Source: Ranitomeya imitator (lineage: Eukaryota). Taken from it: a stretch of DNA of 64,000 bases. The position numbers were made by a program, and so were the translations under genes. Location of the stretch: the NCBI RefSeq assembly GCF_032444005.1, contig NC_091282.1:332258001-332322000 (forward strand), written 5' to 3'. This document shows positions 20,267-31,294 of this stretch, piece by piece. The notes under the pieces were generated by a model that saw nothing but the letters and a program-made list of their open reading frames with translations, made no database searches and was not told the DNA's origin. Position 1 is the stretch's first letter. The number at the start of each line of letters is the position of its first letter.

Positions 20267-21249
20267 TGTTAAGGACTGGTGGAACGCACCATGTATAGAT
20301 GGTAAGAAACTAGGTGCGTTCGCAGTCCGAGGTCCACCGTGCAGGTAAAAGACCCTGCAGCTAGCAAGACGGACAATATGGCGGTACACTAAAGGATACA
20401 CGCGTGGGTTAAACCTCACCCAGCGTGAAGAAAGCGATCCTGTTAATCCACAGGACCGCAGTACCGCACTAGTGCGCGAGCAAGTGGTCAGCGGACTTAA
20501 CCCCAGAAGGGATTGGAGCCCGATTAGACCCTTGCTGGCGTAACACCGCAACTGGGTGTGTAGAGAACCTTAAGGAATATAAGTGCACAAGAGTGCGAGC
20601 GATGCCGCACTAACGGACGCCACTAACCACCCAGACTCGGGTATGGAAAGCGCAAGACAGGCGCACGGCGCCGTACTGGCAGGCACAGCTACAGGACGCT
20701 GAGATGTGTTTTTAGTGCTGTAGGCTAAGTCGGGCGCTAGGTAGCAGCCATACACCTTCCGCGAACAGACATTCAATAGGGAAGGGGTTTCCAAGGACGA
20801 CTTGCACTCACAACATACACACATCAACAATTGTTTGACAATACTAGCGCATGGCCGTGCGGTCATGCGCAGTTTATATAACAGCAGCACAGGAAGTGGC
20901 CACAGCACTTTTGCCCTTCTAGGACCTGCCAAGAGGACCAATGGAATGTGCTGCAGAGCCTAAGCACATGACCCTCGATCTCCAACGGGAGACCTTACGC
21001 TGGGCATGCTCAGTACATGCAGACAAGGACTTAGTCCCAGAGAAGTCCGCTCACTGCTGACCAGCACTGACTTTAATGGCAGAGACTGGAGAAGCAGCAC
21101 TAACTCTCAGAACAGAGTGAGAATGAGCAAGACGCTGGGACCGACGTCCTTGCTGAGCAGGCTCCACTGCGGCTGGACAAGAATGGGAGACCGCAGCGGA
21201 AGTGGCTCGAGATTCCCCCTGTGCAGAAGCGGGAACTCGACCCCTAACA
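20267..21249 (-). repeat. Gypsy B 5' LTR, with TATA box (TATATAAA on -, 20880-20873)
   Basis: TG...CA ends; TATA lies 30 nt upstream of an 11-nt segment complementary to the PBS. Confidence 0.95.
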
Positions 21250-22131
21250 AATGGTAGTATTATTTCCTGAGCTCTATGGAATTTTGATACTTTGGGGAGG
21301 TAAGCTGGTCCAACCTCAACACTACTCTTTCGTCCATGACCTGAGTGTAGGGAGGATCTGCCGATAAAGCTTGTAAGTCCCCTATCCTACAGGCTGAAGT
21401 GAGTGCCACTAGTAAGGCTATTTTTAACAAAATTACCTTATCCGAAATAGAGTGTAATGGCTCAAAGAGACTCTCCGCTAAGGCTGACAAAACCAGATTT
21501 AGATCCCAAGAAGGAGGTACAGGAGACAGGACAGTTTGCTCAACTACAGGCTCTGATTAACCTGGCCACCCATCTATTATTAGCCAGGTCACAGTTGTAT
21601 AAGGCAGCCAGAGCTGAAACCTGCACCTTGAGGGTACTGACTGCTAAACTCAGTTCTACCCCCTCCTGCAAAAACTCTAGAATTGCCACTACCGGAACCT
21701 CCCCTTCTTGTACCAGCCCGCAGAAGGACAAAAATTTCCTCCAGGTTCTCCCATAGATCTTAGTGGTTATTGGCTTTCAGCTAATAAGCAGCGTAGAAAC
21801 TAACTCTGCCGAAAAACCTTTCCCCTCTAGAGGCAACCTTTCAAATTCCAGGCTGTTAAATGCAACTCGGACATTTGGGGATGCAGGAAAGGTCCCTGTG
21901 TCAGCAGGTGTCTTGATTCTCTGGGAGGACCCACGGATCCGTAACTGACATTGTCTTTAGCCAGTATAACCATGGCCTCTGGCCAAAATGGGAATAGTAC
22001 AATTATTCTGGCTCAGTTTTCTCTGTATTTTTTCAAGACCGCTGGTATTAGGCATATTGGTGGGAAGGCATATAAGATGTCCACTCTATCCTGAAGGCGT
22101 CTACCGAGTACGGAATGTCCGCTAGGCTTAA

Positions 22132-24893
22132 CCTTCCTCTAGCGTTAGCTTTCTGTTACTCTTTCTTATGTTAACGGGTCGGTTTTGACCCGTGTCTTAA
22201 TTCACCCCTAGGATACCCTAAAAACAGTTATTTATGATCAAATTTGTTTCTTACCTCTTAGTTACCTTGTTAGGGTTTCTCATCCATGGAAGGTTTGATT
22301 TTAAGATTTTTGTTGTGGCCCCCTGGGCCTTTCATTTGAGAGCATACCCTTCATTTTCAATATAAAAATATTGTCAAATGAACCTCAAGAGAATAATATA
22401 AACTTAAAAAAGTTTGTTATATTACCTATTACTGAAGGCTTTTAGAACACATTTCTTAAATGTAAAAAAAAAATATACATATATATATTTTATATTATTA
22501 ACTCTAGTAACATCTATGGTGTTACGGGTCAATTTTGACCCATATCTAACTACTTTATGAAAAAGGCAAAAAAGATTTTTTTTTTTTACAGAACTTTAAT
22601 ACAAATAAAAGATGAACATTATATTAACATTAATAGCAATAATAATAAAAAGTAGCTTTTCTAGGTCAAACAAACAAACAAACAACAATCAATCAAGCAA
22701 ATCAAATCAACAGAAATCAAGTACTAGTTTTTAGATGCATTAGTATTTAGATGCATGTGTGGCAAAAAGTGACACTTTTTGTGTGTTCTTTGCAGAGGTA
22801 TTTTTTGCAGGCGAAGCACGATGTGTTTGTCTTTCTGTCCTTATTGCTAGGGCAGACCTGACACCTCTTTCTTTTAGAATCAGGTGGTCTCACTGGGGTT
22901 GTGGCTGTTGTGGTTGATGTTGAGGCAGGCCTGGTTGAGAAGGATGCTGGTGATGATGCTGTTTGTGTTGCTGTGGGTGTGGACGAAGCACTTGTTGAGC
23001 TCTGGAGTTGTCGGACCAAGGCTGCAGAGGCTGGATCTCAGGGCACTCGTTCCCTTTGGTCAATGTGCGCCTTGACAAGGGATCTTCCTAGTTCCTCAAG
23101 AAACATCCTCCGCTTGTTTTTTTTCTTTGAATTCCATCCTTGGTGAATGTGGGTCCACAACACAAATGAATTGCATGCTGACACATCAAGGATGTTGTAA
23201 AATACAACCATTGGCCATCTCCTAGTCATTTGCTGGCAAGTGTAGGTGGCAGTCAGCTTGTCCAGGTTGTCCACTCCTCTGTTTTTGTTATAGTCCAGGA
23301 TGATTCTGGGCTTTTTGTCACTTCCTGATGACACAGCTGCATCTTTGTGAAGTGTGGACATCAGTACCACATTCAGTCGATTTTTGGGGCAGTATGAAAC
23401 AGCAGTGGTGGTGTCTGTAAAAACAAACTTTGAGGAAAGTGGAGCCCTGTCCTTCATCTGCAACAATTCAGCGGGCAGCTCAGGTTTGTTTTTTTTCACT
23501 GTGCCCACCATGGTGATTTTCCTCCTGAGAAGTTCTTGTCCAAGGTCATAGCTGGTAAAAAAATTGTTACAAGTAATGTTGTGACCCTGCAGTCTAGTAG
23601 TCATATCGAGGACTAGACGTTTTCCTTGGTTTTTTTCAGGGATGCCACTTGCAGACTTGCCTGTGTAAATCTGTAGATTCCATGCATAGCTAGTTTTTGC
23701 ATCACAGGCTGCCCAGATTTTTATGCCGTATTTGACTGGCTTAATTGGCATGTGTTGCCGGAAGGGGCATTTTCCGCGGAAAGGGAGAAAAAGTTCTTCT
23801 ACTGTCACCTCTGGCCCTGGGTTGAACATCAGTGGAAGGAGCTGCACCCATTTCTCCCAAACATCCCTGATGGGAGCAAGTTTGTCAGATTTTGTTCTGG
23901 TGTCTCTGTAGTCAAATCTGAGGACTCTTGATATCATTTGAAACTTTTGAAGTGACATTGTTGCCCGGAAAATATTCCTGCCTGTCGATGCATCCCAGAG
24001 ACTATCAGTGGCCTCATTGCAGGATTTGTACACTCCAGCAAGGAGAAGAACACCAATGTAGGCATCCAGGACATCATCATGAAGGTCATTCCACATGTTG
24101 CCGTGGACTTTTTTTCCTTCAAGGTTTGTCATAGCAATAATGACTTCTTTTATTGACAATGGCATAAACAGATCAAAACATGTCTTGATGTCACTTACTC
24201 TTGTCACAGCAAACCTTGTGATCCCAGGGGTCATTTTTATGACATTTGCAGCATCTACCCTGCCATCTGGAGGTACTAAGCTCCAACTGATCTTGCCACT
24301 TTTGGATTTGAATCTTTCAGCGGGAGCAGCTTCAGCACCAGTGACCTCCTCATCAGACTGATCAGAACTGTCTGTGTCTTCCGGTTGATACTCCACATCA
24401 TCTTCCTCCTCAGAAACCTGTTCATCTGTATCAGTTTGCTGCTCTGTGTCCTCTGATTCATTATCATCTAAGATATAATCCAGAATTTGGCTTACATCAA
24501 ATCTTCTCCTCATTGTTGCATGTGTAAACTGGAGATGTATACTCTGCAAAGTACCAACTCCAAGCTGATTTGGTCATACATGCCTGGACATGTCCCTAAC
24601 TCAAGTTGTTGGAGGTAGAGCTGGCTGTGGGTTTATATTGTGTTTATGAGTTCAGTTTTGGGACATATTATTGTTTTTTTTACTCTTATATTAGACCTGG
24701 GTCGAAATTGACCCCAACAACACAAATGTTATAATTTTAATAAGAGCATTTTACAATTTAGTAAAATAGTTTAATTTTATTGCATTTTTCTGAAAAAGTC
24801 AAAAAGTCTTGATGCAATAAACAAATGTATGTAGAATTTGTATGCACTTAAAATCTAAAACGGGTCGGTCATGACTCTAACACTAGAGGAAGG
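22132..24893 (-). mobile_element. piggyBac DNA transposon (2762 bp), autonomous-type, inactivated
   Basis: TTAA TSD (22128-22131 and 24894-24897); TIR CCTTCCTCTAG(C/T)GTTAG; subterminal GGGTC-n-GACCC palindromes at both ends. Confidence 0.96.
22747..24549 (-). pseudogene. piggyBac (PGBD4-like) transposase with one in-frame stop and altered catalytic residues
   Basis: ORFs 23038-24549 and 22747-23019 are in the same frame, separated only by TGA at 23040-23038. Motifs PIKPVKYGIKIW and GVDNLD; C-terminal CQVC...CFACKKYLCKEH Cys-rich domain. VTVEE and TCNNFF replace the expected VTVDE and TCDNFF. Confidence 0.93.
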
Positions 24894-25339
24894 TTAAAGA
24901 ACAAAATCTCTGGACTCCTGTTGTTCCTTGAAGCAAAAAGATGTATTGTGGGCCTACCCCACATGTCCACAATCTGACTGAATATTGATCTTTTCAGAGA
25001 CCATTCTCCTTGCCTTAACTGATTGCGACTTAGGAAATCCGCCTTCAGGTTGTCTACTCCTCGGATATGCACAGCCAACAATGAGGAAGTGATGTTCTGC
25101 CAGACTTAAGATCCTTTCTGTTATTCCCATCAATGGTCGAGACCGAGTGCCTCCCTGATGATTTATGTACGCTACTGCGATCTGATTGTCCAACAGGACT
25201 CTCACATGCTGCTTTTGAAGCTGCGGTAGTAGCCCCTTTAGTGCCCTTTCGATAGCCAGAAGCTCCCATTCATTCGATAAGCCTATCCTCATGGGACCAT
25301 GGATTCTGGAGCCACAGGGTGTCTAAGTGGGCTCCCCAA

Positions 25340-26290
25340 GCCCTAGGCACTAGAGTCCATTGTGACCATTCTGGATGCCCTGTATATCCAGGGAACCCCT
25401 CTTGGAGCGGACTCGATCTACAGCCACCAATTGAGTGACCGAATTACTGTTTCTGGAAGGGTAAGCTTTCCTTCTAAGTGAACTTGTAGTACTAGATCGT
25501 TCCCTGAGTGTTATTTCTGGCTTCTTTATTGAGGCCAAGACTAATTGACCTTTTCCTCTTTCTTCTCTAGGAGCTTGCACTCTTGTGCCACTGAGTCTAT
25601 TACTAGCCCCAAGAAAATTTGTACTGTTGCTGGATTCTGGACTTTTTTTTAGATTTAACTGCCAACCAAGAGTCTGTAAGAACTCCATGACTATCCTGAC
25701 AGTGAAGAAAACTTCTCACCACAATCAGGAAGTCGTCCAGATACGGTATTATTAGAATGTCTTTTTCTCTGAGATGGGCCGTGACCTCTGAAATCAGCTT
25801 GGTGAATACCCGAGGGGCTATTGCCAACCCGAAGGGTAGAGCTCTGAACTGAAAATGGGCTATTAGAGATTTGATTTCCACAGCTACTTGAGGAATCTGC
25901 GATCCTGCTTGCGGATAGGGACGTGGTAGTATGTGTCCTTGAGGTCTAGTACCGCCATGTAACACTGTGGGAAGAGAGGTTTTACTGCTGATCTTACTGT
26001 CTCCATCCTGAATGAAGGAACTACCAGATAGCTGTTGAGATGTTTTAGGTTTATGATGGTTCTCCAGGAATCGTCCGTTTTTTTTATTAGAAAGAGAGGG
26101 GAACAAAATCCCCTATTTCTCTCCTCCACAGGAACCTCCTCCAGCACATGTTTTTCTAACAGTGATATTACCTCTTCTCCCAGGCTCCGTTGTTTCTCTT
26201 GAGAGGGCTGTACCGGGGTTTGTATGTATCTTTGATGTGGCAGACTGTGGAAATTCAATTTTAGGCCTGACCTCACAATCTGCCGAATCC
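25340..26290 (-). pseudogene. DIRS reverse transcriptase, frameshifted
   Basis: GFCSPLFLIKK...WRTIINLKHLN...FRMETV...VLDLKDTYYHVPI; FQFRALPFGLAIAPRVFTK; IIPYLDDFLIV. Confidence 0.92.
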
Positions 26291-26399
26291 AGGTGCTGGA
26301 TGAAATTTCTTCCCAGGCGGGGAGGAAGTGAGAGAGCCTCCCTCTTACCTGGGAGAAGGCACTGAGATGGCTTCTTGGTGTCTCTGGAGGGTTTGCTGA

Positions 26400-27480
26400 G
26401 ATAAAAGCCTCTCCCTCCTCTGGACCGCTTGTTAGTTCTGTCTCGGTCAGTGTATGGCTGGCTCCTGGATCTGCGGCCCTTCCGAAAGGAGTGCCAAAAA
26501 GATGAAAATGGCTGCTTCAGAAAACCTATTTTCTTATCTCCTACCTTCTCCAGCACTTCATCTAGTGCTGGCCCAAATAAGACCTTCACAAGGCAGGGAG
26601 CAGAGCTTTACTTTAGCTTGTATATCTCCCAGCCAGCATTTAAGCCACAATGCGAGACTTCCTGTGTTAGCCACAGAGTTGCTGACTTGGCCGCCAGCCT
26701 TGCCGAGTCTGCCGAGGCATCTGCCAAAAACACTTCTGTTGCTTTGATGGTAGGATGTGCATCTAAGATGGTCTCTCTGGAGACTTGCTGCTCCAGCTGA
26801 TCTTCTAGGTTGTCTATCCAAACCTTCAAAGATCTAGCCACACTAGTGGCCAAAACGGCTGGCCTTAATGCCCCAGCCGAGGACTCCCAAGCTGTTTTGA
26901 GAAAACTGTCCGTCTTCCAACCCAATGGCTCCCTCAGGGACCCTAGGTCTTCAAACGGGAGGGAACACTTCCTAGTTATTTTTGAGTTTGCCACATCCAG
27001 CCTTGGTGCCTTATCCTAGGATGAAGAAGATTCTTCATCAAATGGATACTTTTTCTTCAATGAAACAATTGTGTCTTTCTTTCCGGTTTCTCCCACTCAC
27101 TTTTAATCAGACTTTGTAACTACTCATTAATGGGGAAGGCTCTATGCTTTTTTCTTTGTAAGCCACCGAACACAAGTTCCTGGGCAGATCTTTTGACTTT
27201 CTCATCTACCAATCCCATAGTGGACCTGACTGCTTTTATTATACTGTACGTGGCCTCCACCAGTTAACTAATATCTCCCTCTGAACTACTCCCAGAGTAC
27301 TGTGATTGATCTGAGTCCTCTGGCTCAGAACATGTGGAGTCTTCTTGTGACACAAAAGAGGGGCTGGATCTATCTATCCCCTTACTGTCCGTGTCCATTG
27401 GGGTCTGCAACGCACTAACTGACCTACGAACCTCCAACTGTATCAGGGTTCTTAAATTTGCTGAAAACATGGGAGTTTCT
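26400..27480 (-). pseudogene. DIRS ORF1 (gag-like) remnant
   Basis: Fragments DPLGWKTDSFLKTAW, SADSARLAAKS, LALWLKCWLGDIQAKVKLCSLPCEG and FGPALDEVL resemble vertebrate DIRS ORF1. Many frameshifts. Confidence 0.7.
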
Positions 27481-28742
27481 TGTTTCTTGTGGTCTTGTCA
27501 ATACAGTACTGACATAACTTTTTATTCCAGGACCCCCTAATTGGCATCTGAATAGGGACCCCCTACACTCCACCCCACCAATATATAGAAAAAAAGGAGA
27601 GGGTAGGAGACAGGAGAAAGAGAACAGACATTAGTGTACTGTACTTTCTCGAAGATCACTCACTACTCTGACACTCCAAACGGGGACTGGATCCAGAGGT
27701 TGAATGGTGTTCTCAATGTCTCCTCCAAAGACTATGGACCCCTCCTTACTAGAGCCAAGGAGATCCACCCATGTGCTGCCCGAGTGGCCCCCATTGCTGT
27801 TACAGCTTGGTTGCTTTTTCTCCTGAGTGCGACCGATGCCTGTATGGCTCCTGCTGATGCTGCAAGTGCTCCGGCAAAAAGGCTTCCACGGTTGCCACCG
27901 CCTGCCTGTCTGCTGCCTTTAAATACTTTTAGGCTTCATTAACACAAGGTGCTACCCCTTCCTCACCCACACCTGGCCATCATTCCCGGTATGTTCCGAT
28001 GCTGCTGATGGCATATTCTTTTTCTCAGCACCACCATCTGCTCGTTCTCTGTGACTACTTGCGCGCATTCACCACCCCCGCGTGTTCCCAGTCGTTTTTC
28101 GGTGCACACTGCTTCATTCTTGTTGTGTGCACCCCTGTATCTTCTGACCCTGCGCACACCCTGCCCAATGTTATGTGCCCTGATCCCCAATTTTGCCCAG
28201 ACACCGATGTGTCTTGCGGGCTGTGTGGCCACAATGCGCTTCAGGGAGGGGCACGGCAAGACGCGGCCTCGGAGGCTTGTTTCACCTGGGCACCGATGTG
28301 CACTTCAGGGGGGGGCAGCGAGATGTGGCCTCCGAGGGCTTCTGTTTCATCTGAGCATCGCCTCGCAGGCTGTGTGGACACGCTTCACTCAGTGAGAGCA
28401 TGGCGAGACGTAGGCTCCGAAGAGCTACTGGTACCTGGTGACGGATGCAGCAGAACTCTGCCTGCCAAAATACCATCCGACCCAGGCATCCTCTTCTGTC
28501 TTCTTAAGATTTCATCTTGAGAGTTCCCCATCAAGGACAGGAAACCAACTGATGTGGAGAGAGGCGCCGCCCTTTTTATCTTGAAGGTTTCCTGTCCTTG
28601 AACGGCAGATCCACTCTCTCGTGGTGCCATCATGGGTGACTGAAAAAATCACATTGTATAAATTATATAAATTTATTTGCAATTTGCAATGAGAAATAAG
28701 TATTTGATCACTCTGGCGAACATGAATTAATACTAGAATGTA

Positions 28743-29440
28743 CCGTATTTTTCAGACCATAAGAAGCATGTTTTTTCTTCAAAAATGTGGCAGAAAATGG
28801 GGGAGAATAGTCTGGATGTACCTGCTCTGACTGTGGTGGGAGAGTGGCAGTGGCAGAGCAGCGGGTCACAGGAGGCTGCAGCCGGCGGCGAACTCCTGTG
28901 CCCGCTGCTAAAGAGAAATGAATATTCACTGCATTACACACCCATAGGCGTGGAAAGCAGTGAATATTAATTTCTCTTTAATAGTGGACACACTCTTAGC
29001 CTCAACAACTGGCTTCTTGCAGCTGGCAGGTGTTCGCGTGTGCCTACTATTTAAGGCAATGAATATTCACTGCTCTCCTCTCCCATAGGCATGGAATGCA
29101 GTGAATATTCATTCCCTTTAGTAGCGGCACACTTGAATGCCAGGCAGCTGCAGGAAGCCGGTGCCTGCAACTAACACTGTGCTTGCTATTACAGAGCAAT
29201 GAATATTCATTGCTCTTCACGCACATAGTCCCGGCGTGGGGAGCAGTGAGTATTCCGGTAGCTGTCCTTGGCTTGTAAGCAGCACATGACGTCCCTGCCA
29301 TGCACCGCTTAGAAGCACAAATCAGATGCTGGCATCGTAACAAGACGCTGCAAGGGAGGCGCAGGGAAGGTAAGTATAATGTTTTTTTTTTCTTTAATGC
29401 TTTTCTGATGGGGGTCATGCATACCAGGGTAACTGCATAC
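28743..29440. mobile_element. Tc2/pogo-type MITE, truncated (one end only)
   Basis: TA|CCGTATTTTTCAGACCATAAG, the same terminus as 39413. Second TIR not found. Confidence 0.6.
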
Positions 29441-29623
29441 AACGGAGACTTTTGCACTGAATCCAATAAAGTTCTCACTAGACCTCAGGACAGGAGTTAT
29501 ATAGATTGGACATTAAATTCGAGCTAACAGGATAGTCGCTAAAATAGAAAGACAAGACCTACTTGAGGATACAAGGAACCGCGGCAAAAATCGCTCTTGT
29601 AACAAAAACCTTAGAAATAACAA

Positions 29624-29838
29624 GGAGGCATACAAGGAAAATAAAATGCAATATTTTGTTAGAAGAATGATAAAATTGGTATGACCACGACAACTATGCT
29701 GAACAAGATAATTCTCAATTGAGAATTGAATTAATTCTTTTAATTGAGAATTATCTTGCTCAGAATAGTTGTCGTGGTCATACCAATTTTATCATTCTTC
29801 TAATAAAATATTGCATTTTATTTTCCTTGTATGCCTCC
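29624..29838. repeat. Inverted duplication: 97-bp arms (3 mismatches), 21-nt spacer
   Basis: 29624-29720 is the reverse complement of 29742-29838. Confidence 0.92.
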
Positions 29839-30040
29839 ATTTTTCCATGGTATTCTATGGGAATTGTGTATTTATCTTTATGGCTTTTTGAGGCTTTATT
29901 ATTTGATTAAGGATACGTGTTATTCAAATAACAATAAATGTCTAATTTTCTCTACATATTAAAGCATATGATACTTTTTTACTACAAAAACTAAATTATT
30001 ATTTTGAACCATCACTCTAAATTGGCCAATATTATTAGTA

Positions 30041-31294
30041 CCGTATATACTCGAGTATAAGCCGAGAATTTCAGCCCAAATTTTTGGGCTGAAAGTGCCC
30101 CTCTCGGCTTATACTCGAGTCAAGGTGGGTGGCAGGGTCGGCGAGTGAGGGGGTGAGGGCACTGAGGCATACTTACCTGCTTCCAGCGATCCTGGCGCTC
30201 CCCGCCTGTCCCACGGTCTTCGGTGCTGCAGTTCTTCCACTGTTCAGCGGTCACGTGGGACCGCTGATTAGAGAAATGAATAGGCGGCTCCACCTCCCAT
30301 AGGGGTGGAGCCACATATTCATTTCTCTAATCAGCGGTGCCGGTGACCGCTGATAGAGGAAGAAGCTGCGGCACCGAACACAGCTGTCCGGGAGAAGGAG
30401 CCGGACGCCGGGAGCAGGTAAGTATCGCATATTTACCTGTCCCCGTTCCAGCCGCCGGGCGCCGCTCCATCTTCCCGGCGTCTATCTGCACTGACTGTGC
30501 AGGTCAGAGGGAGCGATGACGCGTATAGTGTGCGCGGCGCCCTCTGCCTGATCAGTCAGAGCAGAGAGACGCCGGGACCGGACGCTGGGAGCTGCAAGCA
30601 AGAGAGGTGAGTATGGCACTTTTTTTTAATTGCAGCAGCAGCAATGGCACAGATATATGTGGCGCATCTATGGGGAAATATGAACGGTGCAGAGCACTAT
30701 ATGGCAGCTATGGGGAAATATGAACGGTGCAGAGCACTATATGGCACAGCTATGGGGAAATATGAACGGTGCAGAGCACTATATGGCACAGCTATGGGGC
30801 AATATGAACGGTGCAGAGCACTATATGGGGCACAGCTATGGGGAAATATGAACGGTGCAGAGCACTATATGGCACAGCTATGGGGAAATATGAATGGTGC
30901 AGAGCACTATATGGCACAGCTATGGGGAAATATGAACGGTGCAGAGCACTATATGGCACAGCTATGGGGAAATATGAATGGTGCAGAGCACTATATGGCA
31001 CATCTATGGGGCAATAATGAACGGTGCAGAGCACTATATGGCAGAGCTATGGGGCAATAATGAACGGTGCAGAGCACTATATGGCACAGCTATGGGGCAA
31101 TAATGAACATGCAGAGCACTATATGGCACAGCTATGGGGCAAGAATGATCTATTTTTATTTTTGAAATTCACCGGTAAATGCTGCATTTCCACCCTAGGC
31201 TTATACTCGAGTCAATAAGTTTTCCCAGTTTTTTTGTGGCAAAATTAGGGGGGTCAGCTTATACTCGGGTCGGCTTATACTCGAGTATATACGG
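30041..31294. mobile_element. Tc2/pogo-type MITE (1254 bp)
   Basis: TA|CCGTATATACTCGAGTATAAGCCGA ... TCGGCTTATACTCGAGTATATACGG|TA. Confidence 0.9.
30645..31140. repeat. 42-bp minisatellite, about 11-12 copies
   Basis: Unit GGCACAGCTATGGGGAAATATGAACGGTGCAGAGCACTATAT. Confidence 0.93.

Larger units (their letters stand above)
15115..21249 (-). mobile_element. Ty3/Gypsy chromovirus LTR retrotransposon B, full length
   Basis: 983-bp LTRs at 15115-16097 and 20267-21249 (about 3 differences seen), 5-bp TSD AATGG (15110-15114 and 21250-21254), PPT next to 16097. Confidence 0.98.
14692..21760 (-). pseudogene. DIRS tyrosine recombinase (~21250-21760 plus 14692-15114), split by Gypsy B
   Basis: FLQEGVELSLAVSTLKVQVSAL, LLKIALLVALTSACRIGDLQAL, LHCLDVRRCL, KAHSTRAMATSWA and HTFFRHYRLD, the R...HxxR...Y recombinase motifs. 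Confidence 0.9.
21800..25340 (-). pseudogene. DIRS RNase H plus Dam-like DNA N6-adenine methyltransferase remnant, split by piggyBac
   Basis: WELLAIERAL...LDNQIAVAYINHQGGTRS, HIRGVDNLKADFLSR, WGRPTIHLFAS (24900-25000), then VDAFRIEW and a YAFPP motif (~22050-22110) after the piggyBac is removed. Frameshifted. Confidence 0.75.
14335..28646 (-). mobile_element. DIRS1-type tyrosine-recombinase retrotransposon, decayed, containing nested Gypsy B and piggyBac
   Basis: Inverted terminal repeats (~14366-14475 vs ~28545-28646), ICR at 14624-14670, and minus-strand gag-like, RT, RNase H, methyltransferase and YR remnants. No TSD. Confidence 0.93.
14223..28712. mobile_element. Tc1-type IR/DR terminal-repeat relic (14223-14334 plus ~28647-28712), split by the DIRS element
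   Basis: The DR motif AAATAAGTATTTGATC occurs at ~14231 and ~28694. The flanks join as AT-rich Tc1 TIR-like sequence. Confidence 0.6.

Noticed and set aside
23019-23040. Apparent frameshift or two-gene structure in piggyBac
   Set aside because: Both ORFs are in the same frame; only a premature TGA separates them.
22890-23078. Gln/His-rich ORF (QQHKQHHHQHPSQP)
   Set aside because: Alternative frame of the Ser/Thr linker of the piggyBac transposase.
30644-31218. Repetitive ORFs (MAQLWGNMNGAEHY)n
   Set aside because: Product of a 42-bp minisatellite inside a MITE.
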